From a bacterium (GTDB taxonomy: Bacteria > Bacillota > Clostridia > Lachnospirales > Lachnospiraceae), in assembly GCA_963660835.1 (NCBI GenBank), contig CAVLAA010000002.1, positions 7,459 through 71,458 on the forward strand: a stretch of DNA of 64,000 nt. Reading direction: 5' to 3'. Both the position numbers and the translations under genes were made by a program. The notes beneath the pieces were generated by a model. That model saw only the letters and a program-made list of their open reading frames with translations, was not told the DNA's origin and made no database searches. Shown one piece after another: positions 51,603-62,818 of this stretch (within the stretch, counting starts at the first letter, position 1; the number at the start of each line of letters is the position of its first letter).

Positions 51603-52085
51603 ATGACAAAATCAACAAAGTATCTCACTCAAGGTGCGATAATCGCAGCATTGTATATTGTGCTTACTTTTATCGCAAACGCTTTTGGACTTGCAAACGG
51701 AACTATCCAGGTTCGTTTTTCGGAGGCACTTACAGTCCTTCCGTATTTCACACCTGCAGCTATTCCGGGATTAACGATAGGATGTCTTTTAAGCAATATC
51801 CTTACCGGATGTACTATCTTTGATATCGTATTCGGAACACTTGCAACACTTATCGGAGCAATATTTACTTATCTGTTAAGGAAATACAAATTCCTTGCTC
51901 CGGTTCCTCCGATCGTTGCCAACGTACTTATCATTCCTCCGGTTCTTAAGATAGCTTACGGAGCAACAGATGCTCTCCCATTCCTTATGTTTACTGTAGG
52001 ACTTGGTGAGGTTATCTCATGCGGAATATTCGGAATGATCCTTTTATTTGCACTTAACAAACGCAGAAATGTGATATTTGCATAA
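51603..52085 (+). CDS. queT: QueT-family queuosine-precursor transporter (ECF S-component-like)
   Basis: 160-aa membrane protein, YLTQGAIIAALYIVLTF...VRFSEALTVLPYFTPAAIPGL; preceded by a preQ1 riboswitch. Confidence 0.85.
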   Translation: MTKSTKYLTQGAIIAALYIVLTFIANAFGLANGTIQVRFSEALTVLPYFTPAAIPGLTIGCLLSNILTGCTIFDIVFGTLATLIGAIFTYLLRKYKFLAPVPPIVANVLIIPPVLKIAYGATDALPFLMFTVGLGEVISCGIFGMILLFALNKRRNVIFA

Positions 52086-52094
52086 GCTTATCAT

Positions 52095-52126
52095 GGCATG
52101 TGGAACTGCTTCACATGCCTTTTTCT
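52095..52126 (+). terminator. Intrinsic terminator downstream of queT
   Basis: GGCATGTG / CACATGCC stem followed by TTTTTCTT. Confidence 0.8.
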
Positions 52127-52232
52127 TATTTAACGTCTCTATAAATATAACAGGTCACCTTGAAACTTTTTCTCTTTTTATTCTATTTTGCCATAATATT
52201 TTCTTTCTTTTCTAAAAATTTCGAATTTTTTA

Positions 52233-52261
52233 TTGACATATACTGTGTATAAGCCTATATT
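52233..52261 (+). promoter_or_regulatory. Sigma-A-type promoter of the 2-oxoacid:ferredoxin oxidoreductase operon
   Basis: TTGACA-17 nt-TATATT; implies a 5' leader of about 150 nt. Confidence 0.6.
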
Positions 52262-52415
52262 GGCTAAATGTACAAAGGAATTGTCCTTTCTTTATTTAAT
52301 AGGATATTTTGACAAGATATCTTGGTGATAAGGATTTAAGAATACGAAGCGGACTTGTCCGCTTTATTCTTTGATAGGGCTTTTCTATGATAGATTTAGA
52401 GAGAGAGGTACTACA

Positions 52416-52991
52416 ATGGACAACATGATAGAAATCCGCTGGCATGGCCGCGGTGGTCAGGGTGCCAAGACAGCAAGCCTTCTTCTGGCCGATGCTGCTT
52501 TTATGGCAGGCCGTTATGTTCAGTCATTTCCGGAATATGGCCCCGAAAGATCGGGAGCACCTATAACAGCTTATAACAGAATATCCGAAACAAGATGTTC
52601 TGTTCATTCCAATATTTATGATCCTGATTATGTAGCAGTTGTTGACGAAACACTTCTTGAAACCGTTGATGTAACTGCAGGACTTAAAGAAGATGGTGCG
52701 ATCATCATCAACTCAGAAAAATCATCTGCTGAGCTTCGTCCTTTATTAAACGGATACGAAGGAAAGGTTTTCACTATTGCCGCAGGACATATCTCAAGAA
52801 AGCACCTTGGCGCTTACTTTCCAAACACGCCAATGCTTGCAGCGGTAGTTGCAGTAAGCAAGTGCGTTGACCCCGATGAATTTCTTGTTCATATGCGCGA
52901 ATCATACAGCCACAAATTTGCCAAGAAGCCACAGGTTATCGAAGGAAACCTTGCCTGTCTTGCCGAAGCTATGAAGGAGGTAAAAGAATAA
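52416..52991 (+). CDS. 2-oxoacid:ferredoxin oxidoreductase, gamma subunit
   Basis: IEIRWHGRGGQGAKTAS motif; first gene of a gamma-delta-alpha-beta operon. Confidence 0.9.
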   Translation: MDNMIEIRWHGRGGQGAKTASLLLADAAFMAGRYVQSFPEYGPERSGAPITAYNRISETRCSVHSNIYDPDYVAVVDETLLETVDVTAGLKEDGAIIINSEKSSAELRPLLNGYEGKVFTIAAGHISRKHLGAYFPNTPMLAAVVAVSKCVDPDEFLVHMRESYSHKFAKKPQVIEGNLACLAEAMKEVKE

Positions 52992-53293
52992 TGTTCAGAA
53001 AAGCAGAAGATATAAAAGAAACCTCACCATGGCAGGAGCTTACAACCGGCTGTGAGATATATGAGGGCGGTACATCACGTCTTCTTCATACAGGTGAGTG
53101 GCGCTCTATGATCCCTTCATGGGATCAGGAAAAATGCAAGCAGTGTCTGCTTTGTACACCATTTTGCCCTGACTCATCTATTCCTGTTTCAGAAGGAAAA
53201 AGAAAAGATTTTGACTTTGATCACTGCAAGGGCTGTGGCATCTGCTACAAGGTATGCCCATTCGGCGCTATTGAATGGAAGGAGGTAAACTAA
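52991..53293 (+). CDS. 2-oxoacid:ferredoxin oxidoreductase, delta (2x[4Fe-4S] ferredoxin) subunit
   Basis: CKQCLLCTPFCPD and CKGCGICYKVCP motifs; start overlaps the gamma stop. Confidence 0.9.
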   Translation: MFRKAEDIKETSPWQELTTGCEIYEGGTSRLLHTGEWRSMIPSWDQEKCKQCLLCTPFCPDSSIPVSEGKRKDFDFDHCKGCGICYKVCPFGAIEWKEVN

Positions 53294-53294
53294 C

Positions 53295-54494
53295 ATGAGT
53301 ATAAGAGACAGATTATCCGGAAACGAAGCTATCGCTACAGCTATGCGTCAGATTAACCCGGATGTATTTGCTATGTTCCCGATAACTCCTTCAACAGAGA
53401 TTCCTCAGTACTTTGCTCAATATGTTGCTGATGGTAAAGTTGACACAGAATTCATCTGTGTAGAAAGCGAACACTCTTCTCTTTCTGCCTGCCTTGGTGC
53501 TGAGGCTGCCGGATGCCGTGCTATCACAGCAACATCATCAGCCGGACTTGCATTTATGACCGAGGTACTTTATGTTGCTGCTTCATGCAGACTTCCTATT
53601 GTGCTTGCCGTTGCATGCCGTGCACTTACAGGCCCTATAAATATCAATCATGATTATTCCGATTCCATGTCTGTAAGGGATTCAGGCTTTATACAGATAT
53701 ATGCTGAAAACAACCAGGAAGCATATGACAACTATCTTCAGGCTCACAGAATAGGCGAAACAGCTGATGTCCGTCTTCCTGTAATGATATGCGAGGATGG
53801 ATTTATCACATCTCATGCTCTCGAAAATATCCTTCTTGAATCAGACGAAAAGGTAAAGGCCTTTGTCGGTGAATATCATCCGGAGAATTATCTTCTTAAG
53901 CATGAAAATCCGCTTGCTGTAGGGCCTTACGGAACCTCTCCTTATTATATGGAGGCACGTGTTGCTCAGGCTGAGGCAATGAAAAATGCAAAACGTGCTA
54001 TCTTGGACGTTGCTGCTGATTTTGAAAAGACCTTTGGACGTAAATACGGTCTTTTCGAAGCTTACAAAATGGAAGATGCCGAACGTGCGCTTGTTATCAT
54101 GGGATCATCAGCAGGAACAGCAAAGGCTGCCGTAGATGAGCTCAGAGCAAACGGAGAAAAGGTCGGTCTTATAAAGATCAGAGTCTTCAGACCGTTCCCG
54201 GGAGAAGAGATCGCAGAAGCACTCAAAAACTGCAAGGCTGTTGCAGTCATGGATAAGAGTGAAGGCTTCAGTGCCTGCGGAGGTCCTCTTTTTGCAGAGA
54301 CATCCGGAGCATGCATCAATCTTCCTAACCCTCCTAAAATGGTCGATATCGTATTCGGTCTTGGCGGACGTGATTTCACAGTAGAGCATGCAAAGCGCGT
54401 ATACAGCAGACTTGAAAAGATACTTGAAACCGGTGAAACAGGACCGATTTATTCACATATGGGTCAGAGAGATTTGAGAGAGGAGGTTCAATAA
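53295..54494 (+). CDS. 2-oxoacid:ferredoxin oxidoreductase, alpha subunit
   Basis: LSGNEAIATAMRQINPDVFAMFPITPSTEI N-terminus typical of PorA/VorA. Confidence 0.92.
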   Translation: MSIRDRLSGNEAIATAMRQINPDVFAMFPITPSTEIPQYFAQYVADGKVDTEFICVESEHSSLSACLGAEAAGCRAITATSSAGLAFMTEVLYVAASCRLPIVLAVACRALTGPININHDYSDSMSVRDSGFIQIYAENNQEAYDNYLQAHRIGETADVRLPVMICEDGFITSHALENILLESDEKVKAFVGEYHPENYLLKHENPLAVGPYGTSPYYMEARVAQAEAMKNAKRAILDVAADFEKTFGRKYGLFEAYKMEDAERALVIMGSSAGTAKAAVDELRANGEKVGLIKIRVFRPFPGEEIAEALKNCKAVAVMDKSEGFSACGGPLFAETSGACINLPNPPKMVDIVFGLGGRDFTVEHAKRVYSRLEKILETGETGPIYSHMGQRDLREEVQ

Positions 54495-54496
54495 CA

Positions 54497-55426
54497 ATGG
54501 CTTACAGTTTAAAACAGGAAATGAGCAAGCCTGAACGTTTTGAAGCAGGACATCGTCTTTGTGCAGGCTGCGGAGCAGGTATTACCTGCCGTGCAATGAT
54601 GAGAGCTGTAGATCCGGAGGATAAAGCCGTTATTGCAAACGCTACCTCTTGTCTTGAAGTTTCATCCTTCACATATCCCAATACAGCATGGATGGATTCT
54701 TATATCCATGTAGCTTTTGAAAATACATCTGCTGTTGCTTCAGGTGCTGAGACAGCATACAAGGCATTGAAGAAAAAAGGTAAAATTGATGATACATTTA
54801 AATTCCTTGCAATCGGCGGTGACGGCGGTACATATGATATCGGATTCCAGTCATTATCAGGAGCTATGGAACGCGGTCATGATTTTACATACTTCTGCTA
54901 TGATAATGAAGCATATATGAACACAGGAACTCAGCGTTCATCTGCAACACCGAGATTTGCCAGTGCAACCACTACTCCTCCTGGAAAAGAATCCGTAGGT
55001 AAGAAGCAAAATGTAAAGGATCTTACACAGATCATAGTAGCTCACGGCTCACCATATGTTGCCCAGACAACACTTATAGGAAACTTCAAGGATTTCCATC
55101 AGAAGGCACATAAGGCTATTTATACTGAAGGACCGACATTTGTAAACGTTCTGTGTCCTTGCCCGCGTGGATGGCAGTATCCTGCTGAGATGCTTCCTGA
55201 GATATGCCGTCTTGCTGTTGACACATGTGTATGGCCTATGTATGAAGTTGAGAACGGTGAATATCACCTCACATATATGCCTAAGAAAAAGCTTCCTGTC
55301 GAGGAATTTATGAAGGTACAGGGACGCTTCCGTCACTGCTTCAAGCCGGGAAATGAATGGACAATCGAAGAAGCTCAGAAATATGTAGATGAAAAATGGG
55401 AAGCACTCCTTGCCAAATGCAAATAA
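54497..55426 (+). CDS. 2-oxoacid:ferredoxin oxidoreductase, beta (TPP-binding) subunit
   Basis: GHRLCAGCGAGI..., GGDGGTYDIGFQSL TPP motif. Confidence 0.92.
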   Translation: MAYSLKQEMSKPERFEAGHRLCAGCGAGITCRAMMRAVDPEDKAVIANATSCLEVSSFTYPNTAWMDSYIHVAFENTSAVASGAETAYKALKKKGKIDDTFKFLAIGGDGGTYDIGFQSLSGAMERGHDFTYFCYDNEAYMNTGTQRSSATPRFASATTTPPGKESVGKKQNVKDLTQIIVAHGSPYVAQTTLIGNFKDFHQKAHKAIYTEGPTFVNVLCPCPRGWQYPAEMLPEICRLAVDTCVWPMYEVENGEYHLTYMPKKKLPVEEFMKVQGRFRHCFKPGNEWTIEEAQKYVDEKWEALLAKCK

Positions 55427-55440
55427 ATAGCTTATATTTT

Positions 55441-55472
55441 TAAGGGATGTCCAAAGGGCATCCCTTAGTTTC
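55441..55472 (+). terminator. Terminator downstream of the oxidoreductase beta subunit gene
   Basis: TAAGGGATG / CATCCCTTA stem followed by GTTTC. Confidence 0.6.
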
Positions 55473-55520
55473 TAAATTCAGTTAATATTTAATATCTATC
55501 GAAAAGAGGCAATAAAAATC

Positions 55521-56978
55521 ATGTCAAAAGTCAGAACTCGTTTTGCACCAAGTCCAACCGGCCGAATGCATGTCGGAAACCTCCGTACTGCTCTGTATAC
55601 ATATCTTATAGCTAAGCACGAAGGCGGCGAATTTGTCCTTCGAATTGAGGATACTGATCAGGAGCGCTTTTATGAGGATGCACTCGATATAATTTACAGA
55701 ACTCTCGAAAAAACAGGTCTCAAGCATGACGAAGGTCCTGATAAGGATGGCGGTTACGGCCCATATGTTCAAAGCGAACGATGCAAGAGCGGATTATATA
55801 TGAAGTACGCTAAGGAGCTTATTGAAAAGGGTGAGGCATATTACTGCTTCTGCGACAAGGAACGTCTCGAATCTCTCAAGCAAAATATAGCCGGCAAAGA
55901 GATCAGCATCTACGACAAACATTGCCTGCATCTTTCCAAAGAAGAAATAGAAGCAAATCTTGCAGCAGGCAAGCCATTTGTCATAAGAGCCAATGTTCCT
56001 AATGAGGGAGAAACAACCTTCCACGATGAGATCTACGGAGACATCACACAGCCAAACTCAGAGCTTGACGATATGATACTTATCAAATCCGACGGCTATC
56101 CTACATATAACTTTGCAAATGTTATAGATGATCATCTCATGAACATCACACATGTAATAAGAGGAAATGAGTATCTTTCTTCAGCACCGAAATATACCCG
56201 CCTTTACAAGGCATTCGGCTGGGAAGAGCCAAAGTACATCCACTGCCCTCTTATCACAAACGAAGAACATCAGAAGCTCAGCAAAAGAAGCGGCCACTCC
56301 TCATACGAGGATCTTATCGAACAGGGCTTTGTTTCTGAAGCAGTGATAAACTTTGTAGCCTTACTTGGATGGAGTCCTGCCGACAACAACGAGATATTCT
56401 CTCTTGAGGAGCTTGTAGAGAAATTTGATTACCATCATATAAATAAATCACCTGCTGTATTTGATATGGTCAAACTCAAATGGATGAACGGCGAATATCT
56501 TAAGGCTATGGATGAGGATAAATTCTTTGAAATGGCTGAACCATATATTAAAGAAGTTATAAAGAAGGATATGGATCTTAAAAAGATTTCTTCTATGGTC
56601 AAGACACGTATAGAGATCTTCCCCGATATTAAGGATCAGATAGATTTCCTTCAGGAAATGCCTGAGTATGACAGTTCGATGTATTTCAACAAGAAAATGA
56701 AAACATCAAGCGAGACAGCACTTCCTGTCCTTAAGGATGTGTTGGAGCTCCTCAAGGGTCATGATGATTTTTCAAATGATTCTCTTTTTGCGCTTCTTAA
56801 AGGTTATTGCACTGAAAAGGGATACAAAAACGGCTATGTAATGTGGCCTGTCCGTGTTGCTGTTTCAGGAAAGCAGATGACTCCGGGCGGAGCTACCGAA
56901 ATAATGGAGCTTCTTAAGAAAGACGAAAGCATTTCAAGAATAGAAAAAGCAATCGAAAAGCTCGAAAATGAGAACTAA
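55521..56978 (+). CDS. gltX: Glutamate--tRNA ligase
   Basis: [22 protein letters not shown] (HIGH-type) and KLSKRSGH (KMSKS-type). Confidence 0.96.
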   Translation: MSKVRTRFAPSPTGRMHVGNLRTALYTYLIAKHEGGEFVLRIEDTDQERFYEDALDIIYRTLEKTGLKHDEGPDKDGGYGPYVQSERCKSGLYMKYAKELIEKGEAYYCFCDKERLESLKQNIAGKEISIYDKHCLHLSKEEIEANLAAGKPFVIRANVPNEGETTFHDEIYGDITQPNSELDDMILIKSDGYPTYNFANVIDDHLMNITHVIRGNEYLSSAPKYTRLYKAFGWEEPKYIHCPLITNEEHQKLSKRSGHSSYEDLIEQGFVSEAVINFVALLGWSPADNNEIFSLEELVEKFDYHHINKSPAVFDMVKLKWMNGEYLKAMDEDKFFEMAEPYIKEVIKKDMDLKKISSMVKTRIEIFPDIKDQIDFLQEMPEYDSSMYFNKKMKTSSETALPVLKDVLELLKGHDDFSNDSLFALLKGYCTEKGYKNGYVMWPVRVAVSGKQMTPGGATEIMELLKKDESISRIEKAIEKLENEN

Positions 56979-57000
56979 GCTTTCAGCTTAATACAGAAAT

Positions 57001-57030
57001 CGGAGTGTCCATATGACACTCCGGTTTTAG
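57001..57030 (+). terminator. Intrinsic terminator downstream of gltX (may also serve the convergent TIM-barrel gene)
   Basis: CGGAGTGTC / GACACTCCG stem followed by GTTTTAGTTT. Confidence 0.8.
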
Positions 57031-57040
57031 TTTGCATATT

Positions 57041-58039
57041 TTATTTATTTTTAATTGCATCGTCGAATGCAACATCCGATGGCGAAAAATTGATTTTCTT
57101 CGTAAAGGCACAGGCTTCGGTTCCACCGAATACACGTTCCATGCCACTGTCTTCCCATTCTATCGACAACGGTCCGTCATATCCTATCTGATTTAACGCC
57201 CTGATCATGTTGTCAAAATCAACATCACCATGTCCGGGTGATACAAAATTCCAACCTCTTCTCTGATCGCCAAACGTGATATGCGAACCTAAGATTCCAT
57301 TTCTTCCATTTAGATTCAGTTTTGCATCCTTTACATGCACATGATATATCCTATCCGCAAAATCCAGGATAAATACAGAAGGGTCAACTCCCTGCCATAT
57401 GAGGTGACTTGGGTCAAGATTAATACCAAGTGTCGGACGATGTTCAAATACATCGAGCAGCTTCTTTGTACTCCAGTAATCAAATGCAATTTCAGTAGGA
57501 TGAACTTCAAGAGCCAATTTGACTCCGCATGCATCAAACTCATCCATGATAGGTGACCACAGCTTCTTAACCTTATTGTAGCCATCTTCTATCATTTTCT
57601 CTGATGTCTGCGGAAATGAATACCAAAACTTCCATATAGGAGAGCCCATAAAAAATGTTACTGCATCAACGCCCATATTCTTTGCCGCATGAGCTGTTGC
57701 TTTCATTTCATCTATAGCCCATTCCTGTATTTTTTCAGGCTTTCCTGCTAATTCAGATGGAGCAAATCCGTCAAGTCTTGGATCATACGCCCACTGTATT
57801 GAATCCACAACACACTGACCTGCCAGATGATTGCTGATAGCCCAGCACTTTAAATCATATTTACTAAGTACATCCTTAACTACATTTACATATGCTTTAT
57901 CTTCTGCAGCTCTTTTCATATTTAAATGGGCAGCTGAAAGCTCAAGTCCTTCATAGCCCATCTGTTTTGCAAGTCTGCACAATTCTTCTAACGGTAAATC
58001 TCCCCATTGGATCGTAAACAGCGTAACCGGTCTTGCCAT
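57041..58039 (-). CDS. Xylose-isomerase-like TIM-barrel protein (sugar phosphate isomerase/epimerase family)
   Basis: ALEVHP...GINLDPSH...YHVHVKD pattern; distant paralog of 46575-47573. Confidence 0.85.
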   Translation of the reverse strand: MARPVTLFTIQWGDLPLEELCRLAKQMGYEGLELSAAHLNMKRAAEDKAYVNVVKDVLSKYDLKCWAISNHLAGQCVVDSIQWAYDPRLDGFAPSELAGKPEKIQEWAIDEMKATAHAAKNMGVDAVTFFMGSPIWKFWYSFPQTSEKMIEDGYNKVKKLWSPIMDEFDACGVKLALEVHPTEIAFDYWSTKKLLDVFEHRPTLGINLDPSHLIWQGVDPSVFILDFADRIYHVHVKDAKLNLNGRNGILGSHITFGDQRRGWNFVSPGHGDVDFDNMIRALNQIGYDGPLSIEWEDSGMERVFGGTEACAFTKKINFSPSDVAFDDAIKNK

Positions 58040-58049
58040 AACATACCTC

Positions 58050-59186
58050 CTATAATTCTACCCATATGTTTCCATTATCATTACTCTTAAGACATGCCTC
58101 TACATACTTAAGTCCGTCAACTCCTTCGTCTATTGTAGGGTAATCTATCATATCATCAGTAAATGTCCCGTTTTTCTTTGCTGTAAGACAATCCGTAAAG
58201 CTGTCATAAAGGTTGCCCATTGCCTCAAGCCAACCCTCTGTATGTCCTGCCGGAAGCCGTCCGTATTTGGCTGCACCACTGCTTATGGCAGCATAACCTC
58301 TCTTAATGCTCTGACGGATTCCATCCTCTCTTATAAGGATAAGCTCCTCTGGATTTTCCTGAAACCAAAGCAGCGTACCCTTTGAGCCGTAAATGCGAAG
58401 CCTCAGACTATTGTCACATCCGATTGCAAATTGGCTTGTCCAGTTTATACCGGTAGCTCCGCCTTCGTATTCAACTAATATCTGATCATTATCATCCAGT
58501 CTTCTTCCTGGTACAACAATATCCATTTTTGCAAGTACACGCTTGATCTTAAGTCCGGTTACTGTTGCAACTGCATTTTCAACATGAGTTCCGAGATCTC
58601 CAAGACAATTAACTCTTCCTGATCTATTTGGATCGCATCTCCACTCACCCTGCTTGCCTCCGCAGTCATTTTCATTGTAAAGCCATCCCTGAGGATACTC
58701 TGCCATAACAGTTCGCACTGTACCTATTTCACCGTTTTTAATCAGATCACGCATATATTTCATTGTAAGGTGTCCGGTATAAGTGTACGTTACCATGAAC
58801 AGTAAATCTTTCTCTTTTGCAAGCACCTGCAGTTCCTTTGCTTCATCTACACTTGTAACTAACGGCTTGTCACAGGCTACATTGATACCCGCTTCAAGAA
58901 AGGCCTTTGCAATCTCGTAATGTGTATGATTAGGTGTTACTATAACTACAAAATCTATTCCATCATCTCTTGCGCTTTCCTTCAAGGCCATTTCCTTATA
59001 ATCCTTGTAGCAGCGGTCTGTATCTATCCCAAGCTCTTTTCCCTGCTCCAGACACTTGTCTACGTCTCTTGAAAAGCATCCTGCTGCAAGTTTTGCAGAT
59101 GAATCCAGGCTGATCGCCTTCCTATGTGCATCTCCTATAAATGCACCCGGTCCTCCGCCTACCATTCCGTACAACAATTGTTTCAT
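58050..59186 (-). CDS. Gfo/Idh/MocA-family NAD(P)-dependent oxidoreductase
   Basis: LLYGMVGGGPGAFIGDAHR and CDKPL; paralog of 47607-48764. The start was set at MKQLLYG. Confidence 0.88.
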   Translation of the reverse strand: MKQLLYGMVGGGPGAFIGDAHRKAISLDSSAKLAAGCFSRDVDKCLEQGKELGIDTDRCYKDYKEMALKESARDDGIDFVVIVTPNHTHYEIAKAFLEAGINVACDKPLVTSVDEAKELQVLAKEKDLLFMVTYTYTGHLTMKYMRDLIKNGEIGTVRTVMAEYPQGWLYNENDCGGKQGEWRCDPNRSGRVNCLGDLGTHVENAVATVTGLKIKRVLAKMDIVVPGRRLDDNDQILVEYEGGATGINWTSQFAIGCDNSLRLRIYGSKGTLLWFQENPEELILIREDGIRQSIKRGYAAISSGAAKYGRLPAGHTEGWLEAMGNLYDSFTDCLTAKKNGTFTDDMIDYPTIDEGVDGLKYVEACLKSNDNGNIWVEL

Positions 59187-59466
59187 TATCCAAACACCCC
59201 TTTCTGTGAGCATCTTTAGAAGATTGTCATCTCAAAAAAATCATTTATATCCGTTCATTTATTTGTGCTATGTATACAATTATACATTTTATTATAAAAT
59301 ATCTTTATTCATTATAAATGACAATGTTGCTGTTTAGATAGGGTTTTGTTGTGATTTTGAATATAATACAACACACTGTAACGTAAAGCAGTATCAGCAA
59401 GATAAAATTTCTCTTGCGTTTTCAATCCGCAAAACTCTATTAATTTATCAGCTTTTTGGAATTATA

Positions 59467-59784
59467 TCAAAAATCTTCATAATGCTCATCATAATAATCC
59501 TCAGCATCGTCTATACTGTCAAAGTCTTCCTCGTTGTCATCGTAAAATTCCTCGTAATCCTTATAGTCATATGCCGAACGACTTACATTGCTCTTATTAT
59601 ATTTTCGGCTGCTTTTTGAGCTATTTGATCTATTTGATTTTTTTGTATTGTATGTGCTCTCATATTTGTATCTATATTTTGAAGTTGAATAATCAGCACA
59701 TCCACTGAGCTCTGCCAGCTTCCAGCAGCCCCAAACCACTGTAATCACCACCATAAGTATTTGTAAAAATCGATCTGAATCCAT
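59467..59784 (-). CDS. Small membrane-anchored protein with basic Ser/Lys/Asn-rich linker and acidic Tyr-rich C-terminal tail (paralog A)
   Basis: N-terminal hydrophobic helix FLQILMVVITVVWGCW, linker KKSNRSNSSKSSRKYNKSN, tail DYEEFYDDNEEDFDSIDDAEDYYDEHYEDF. The tail is conserved with the neighbouring ORF. Confidence 0.55.
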   Translation of the reverse strand: MDSDRFLQILMVVITVVWGCWKLAELSGCADYSTSKYRYKYESTYNTKKSNRSNSSKSSRKYNKSNVSRSAYDYKDYEEFYDDNEEDFDSIDDAEDYYDEHYEDF

Positions 59785-59815
59785 CTTTATTTCTCCATAT
59801 ATTTATTCTGATTGC

Positions 59816-60193
59816 TTAGTAGTCACTATAATGTTCATTGTAATAATCCTCAGCATCATCAAGACCGTCAAAATCCTCTTCGTTATCATAATAAAAATCC
59901 TCGTAATCAGAATATGATGAGCCCGATCCGTTATTGCTGCTGTAGCTTTTTTTGCTGCTATTGCTCTTTTTACTACTGCTGCTTTTTTTGCTGTTTTTAT
60001 CTGATTTGGATTGACGCGATTCTTCCAGATGCCTTACTGCTCTGTAATATTCTATATTCTTTTGTCGTTGTCTCTTTATTTCATTTTCATTATGGACATC
60101 TATAACAGCTGAACCAATTATATAGATCCAAAAGCAAGTCACCACTCCAACTAAAAATATGAAAAAAAACTTATCCAAAAAATCTCTCATCAA
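59816..60193 (-). CDS. Small membrane-anchored protein with basic Ser/Lys-rich linker and acidic Tyr-rich C-terminal tail (paralog B)
   Basis: N-terminal helix FFFIFLVGVVTCFWIYIIGSAVI, linker SKSDKNSKKSSSSKKSNSSKKS, tail DYEDFYYDNEEDFDGLDDAEDYYNEHYSDY. Confidence 0.55.
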   Translation of the reverse strand: MMRDFLDKFFFIFLVGVVTCFWIYIIGSAVIDVHNENEIKRQRQKNIEYYRAVRHLEESRQSKSDKNSKKSSSSKKSNSSKKSYSSNNGSGSSYSDYEDFYYDNEEDFDGLDDAEDYYNEHYSDY

Positions 60194-60220
60194 TTTCCTC
60201 CATCAAAATCCTCTATCTCA

Positions 60221-61036
60221 TTAAAAAGATTTTTGGATTTCCCAGAATGCAACCGCACTTGCCGCTGCTACATTTAAAGAATCTATCCCTTCTTTCATCG
60301 GAATTTTTACTGCCAAATCACATGCCTTTATAGTATCTGTGCTAAGGCCTGTCCCCTCTGTTCCAAGTACAAGAGCTATTTTAGCCTGCTTCTTTAAAAT
60401 AGGATCTGCAATAGAAATTGACTTCTCATTTAAAGCAAGTGCACCTGTGAAAAATCTCTCCTCCTTCAGTCTTTCAATTTCCTCACTGCAGCTTCCTTTA
60501 ATATATGTCCACGGAACATTAAAAACATTTCCCATGCTGACTCGAATCGCTCTTCTATAAAGAGGATCTGCACAGCCCTTGGTAAGCAGTATCGCATCCA
60601 TTCCCATAGCTGCTGCACTTCTAAAGATTGCTCCTACATTTGTAGGGTTCATAACATCCTCAAGAATTGCTATGCTTTTCTTATCTGATGTAAGCTTTAT
60701 CGGATCTTCAAGCGGCTTTCTTTTCATTGCACACAGCACTCCTCTTGTCAGATTGTAGCCTGTCAGATTTACCAGCTTTTCGTGTTCAGCTATGTATATC
60801 GGGATATGATCATATTTTAGCATCTGATTATGTCCATTTATCCGGACACCTTCCTCTAAAAGCATAGAAATCGGTTCATAGCCTGCTTCTATAGCACGCT
60901 CCGCTACAAGACCTGTTTCTGCTATGAACACTCCTGGATTCGGTTCGTTTATTCTTTTTAATTGATTTTCATTGTAATCTCTGTAAAGACTAAGCTCCGG
61001 TATATTGATATTTTGTATTTTAATTATATTCTTCAT
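60221..61036 (-). CDS. TrmH/SpoU-family RNA 2'-O-methyltransferase
   Basis: SpoU motifs NPTNVGAIFRSAAAMG, ALVLGTEGTGLS and IPMKEGIDSLNVAAASAV. The start is uncertain (MKNIIKI preferred; no clear RBS). Confidence 0.82.
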   Translation of the reverse strand: MKNIIKIQNINIPELSLYRDYNENQLKRINEPNPGVFIAETGLVAERAIEAGYEPISMLLEEGVRINGHNQMLKYDHIPIYIAEHEKLVNLTGYNLTRGVLCAMKRKPLEDPIKLTSDKKSIAILEDVMNPTNVGAIFRSAAAMGMDAILLTKGCADPLYRRAIRVSMGNVFNVPWTYIKGSCSEEIERLKEERFFTGALALNEKSISIADPILKKQAKIALVLGTEGTGLSTDTIKACDLAVKIPMKEGIDSLNVAAASAVAFWEIQKSF

Positions 61037-61182
61037 GTCAAAAAGTATATGCCGTTTCAGCCTTATTTTCAAATACAAAAGAGCCGTATCCACTTTCGTT
61101 CTAAAGTGAATACGACTCTCTAAAATTAATATTTATGATGGTGTTAACTTACCTTTTGGCCTTTTGACCTTGGTATAATTTA

Positions 61183-62805
<1,623 letters not shown>

Positions 62806-62818
62806 TTACTCCTCCTGA

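Noticed and set aside
55427-55520. Looked for T-box leaders upstream of gltX, glnS and glyQS
   Set aside because: The leaders are only 94, 28 and 48 nt. That is too short for a T-box, and none contains a T-box consensus (AAUUAGGGUGGUACCGCG-like) sequence.
46575-59186. Considered whether the two 332-aa plus 387-aa gene pairs are a recent duplication or an assembly repeat
   Set aside because: The nucleotide and protein sequences are strongly diverged, with only short motif blocks shared. They are therefore old paralogs, not a repeat or an artefact.
59812-60105. 97-aa plus-strand ORF antisense to small protein B (Cys/Phe/Tyr/Asn-rich)
   Set aside because: It is the mirror image of the low-complexity Ser/Lys-coding region. 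The minus-strand reading is preferred because its tail motif is conserved between the two tandem genes.
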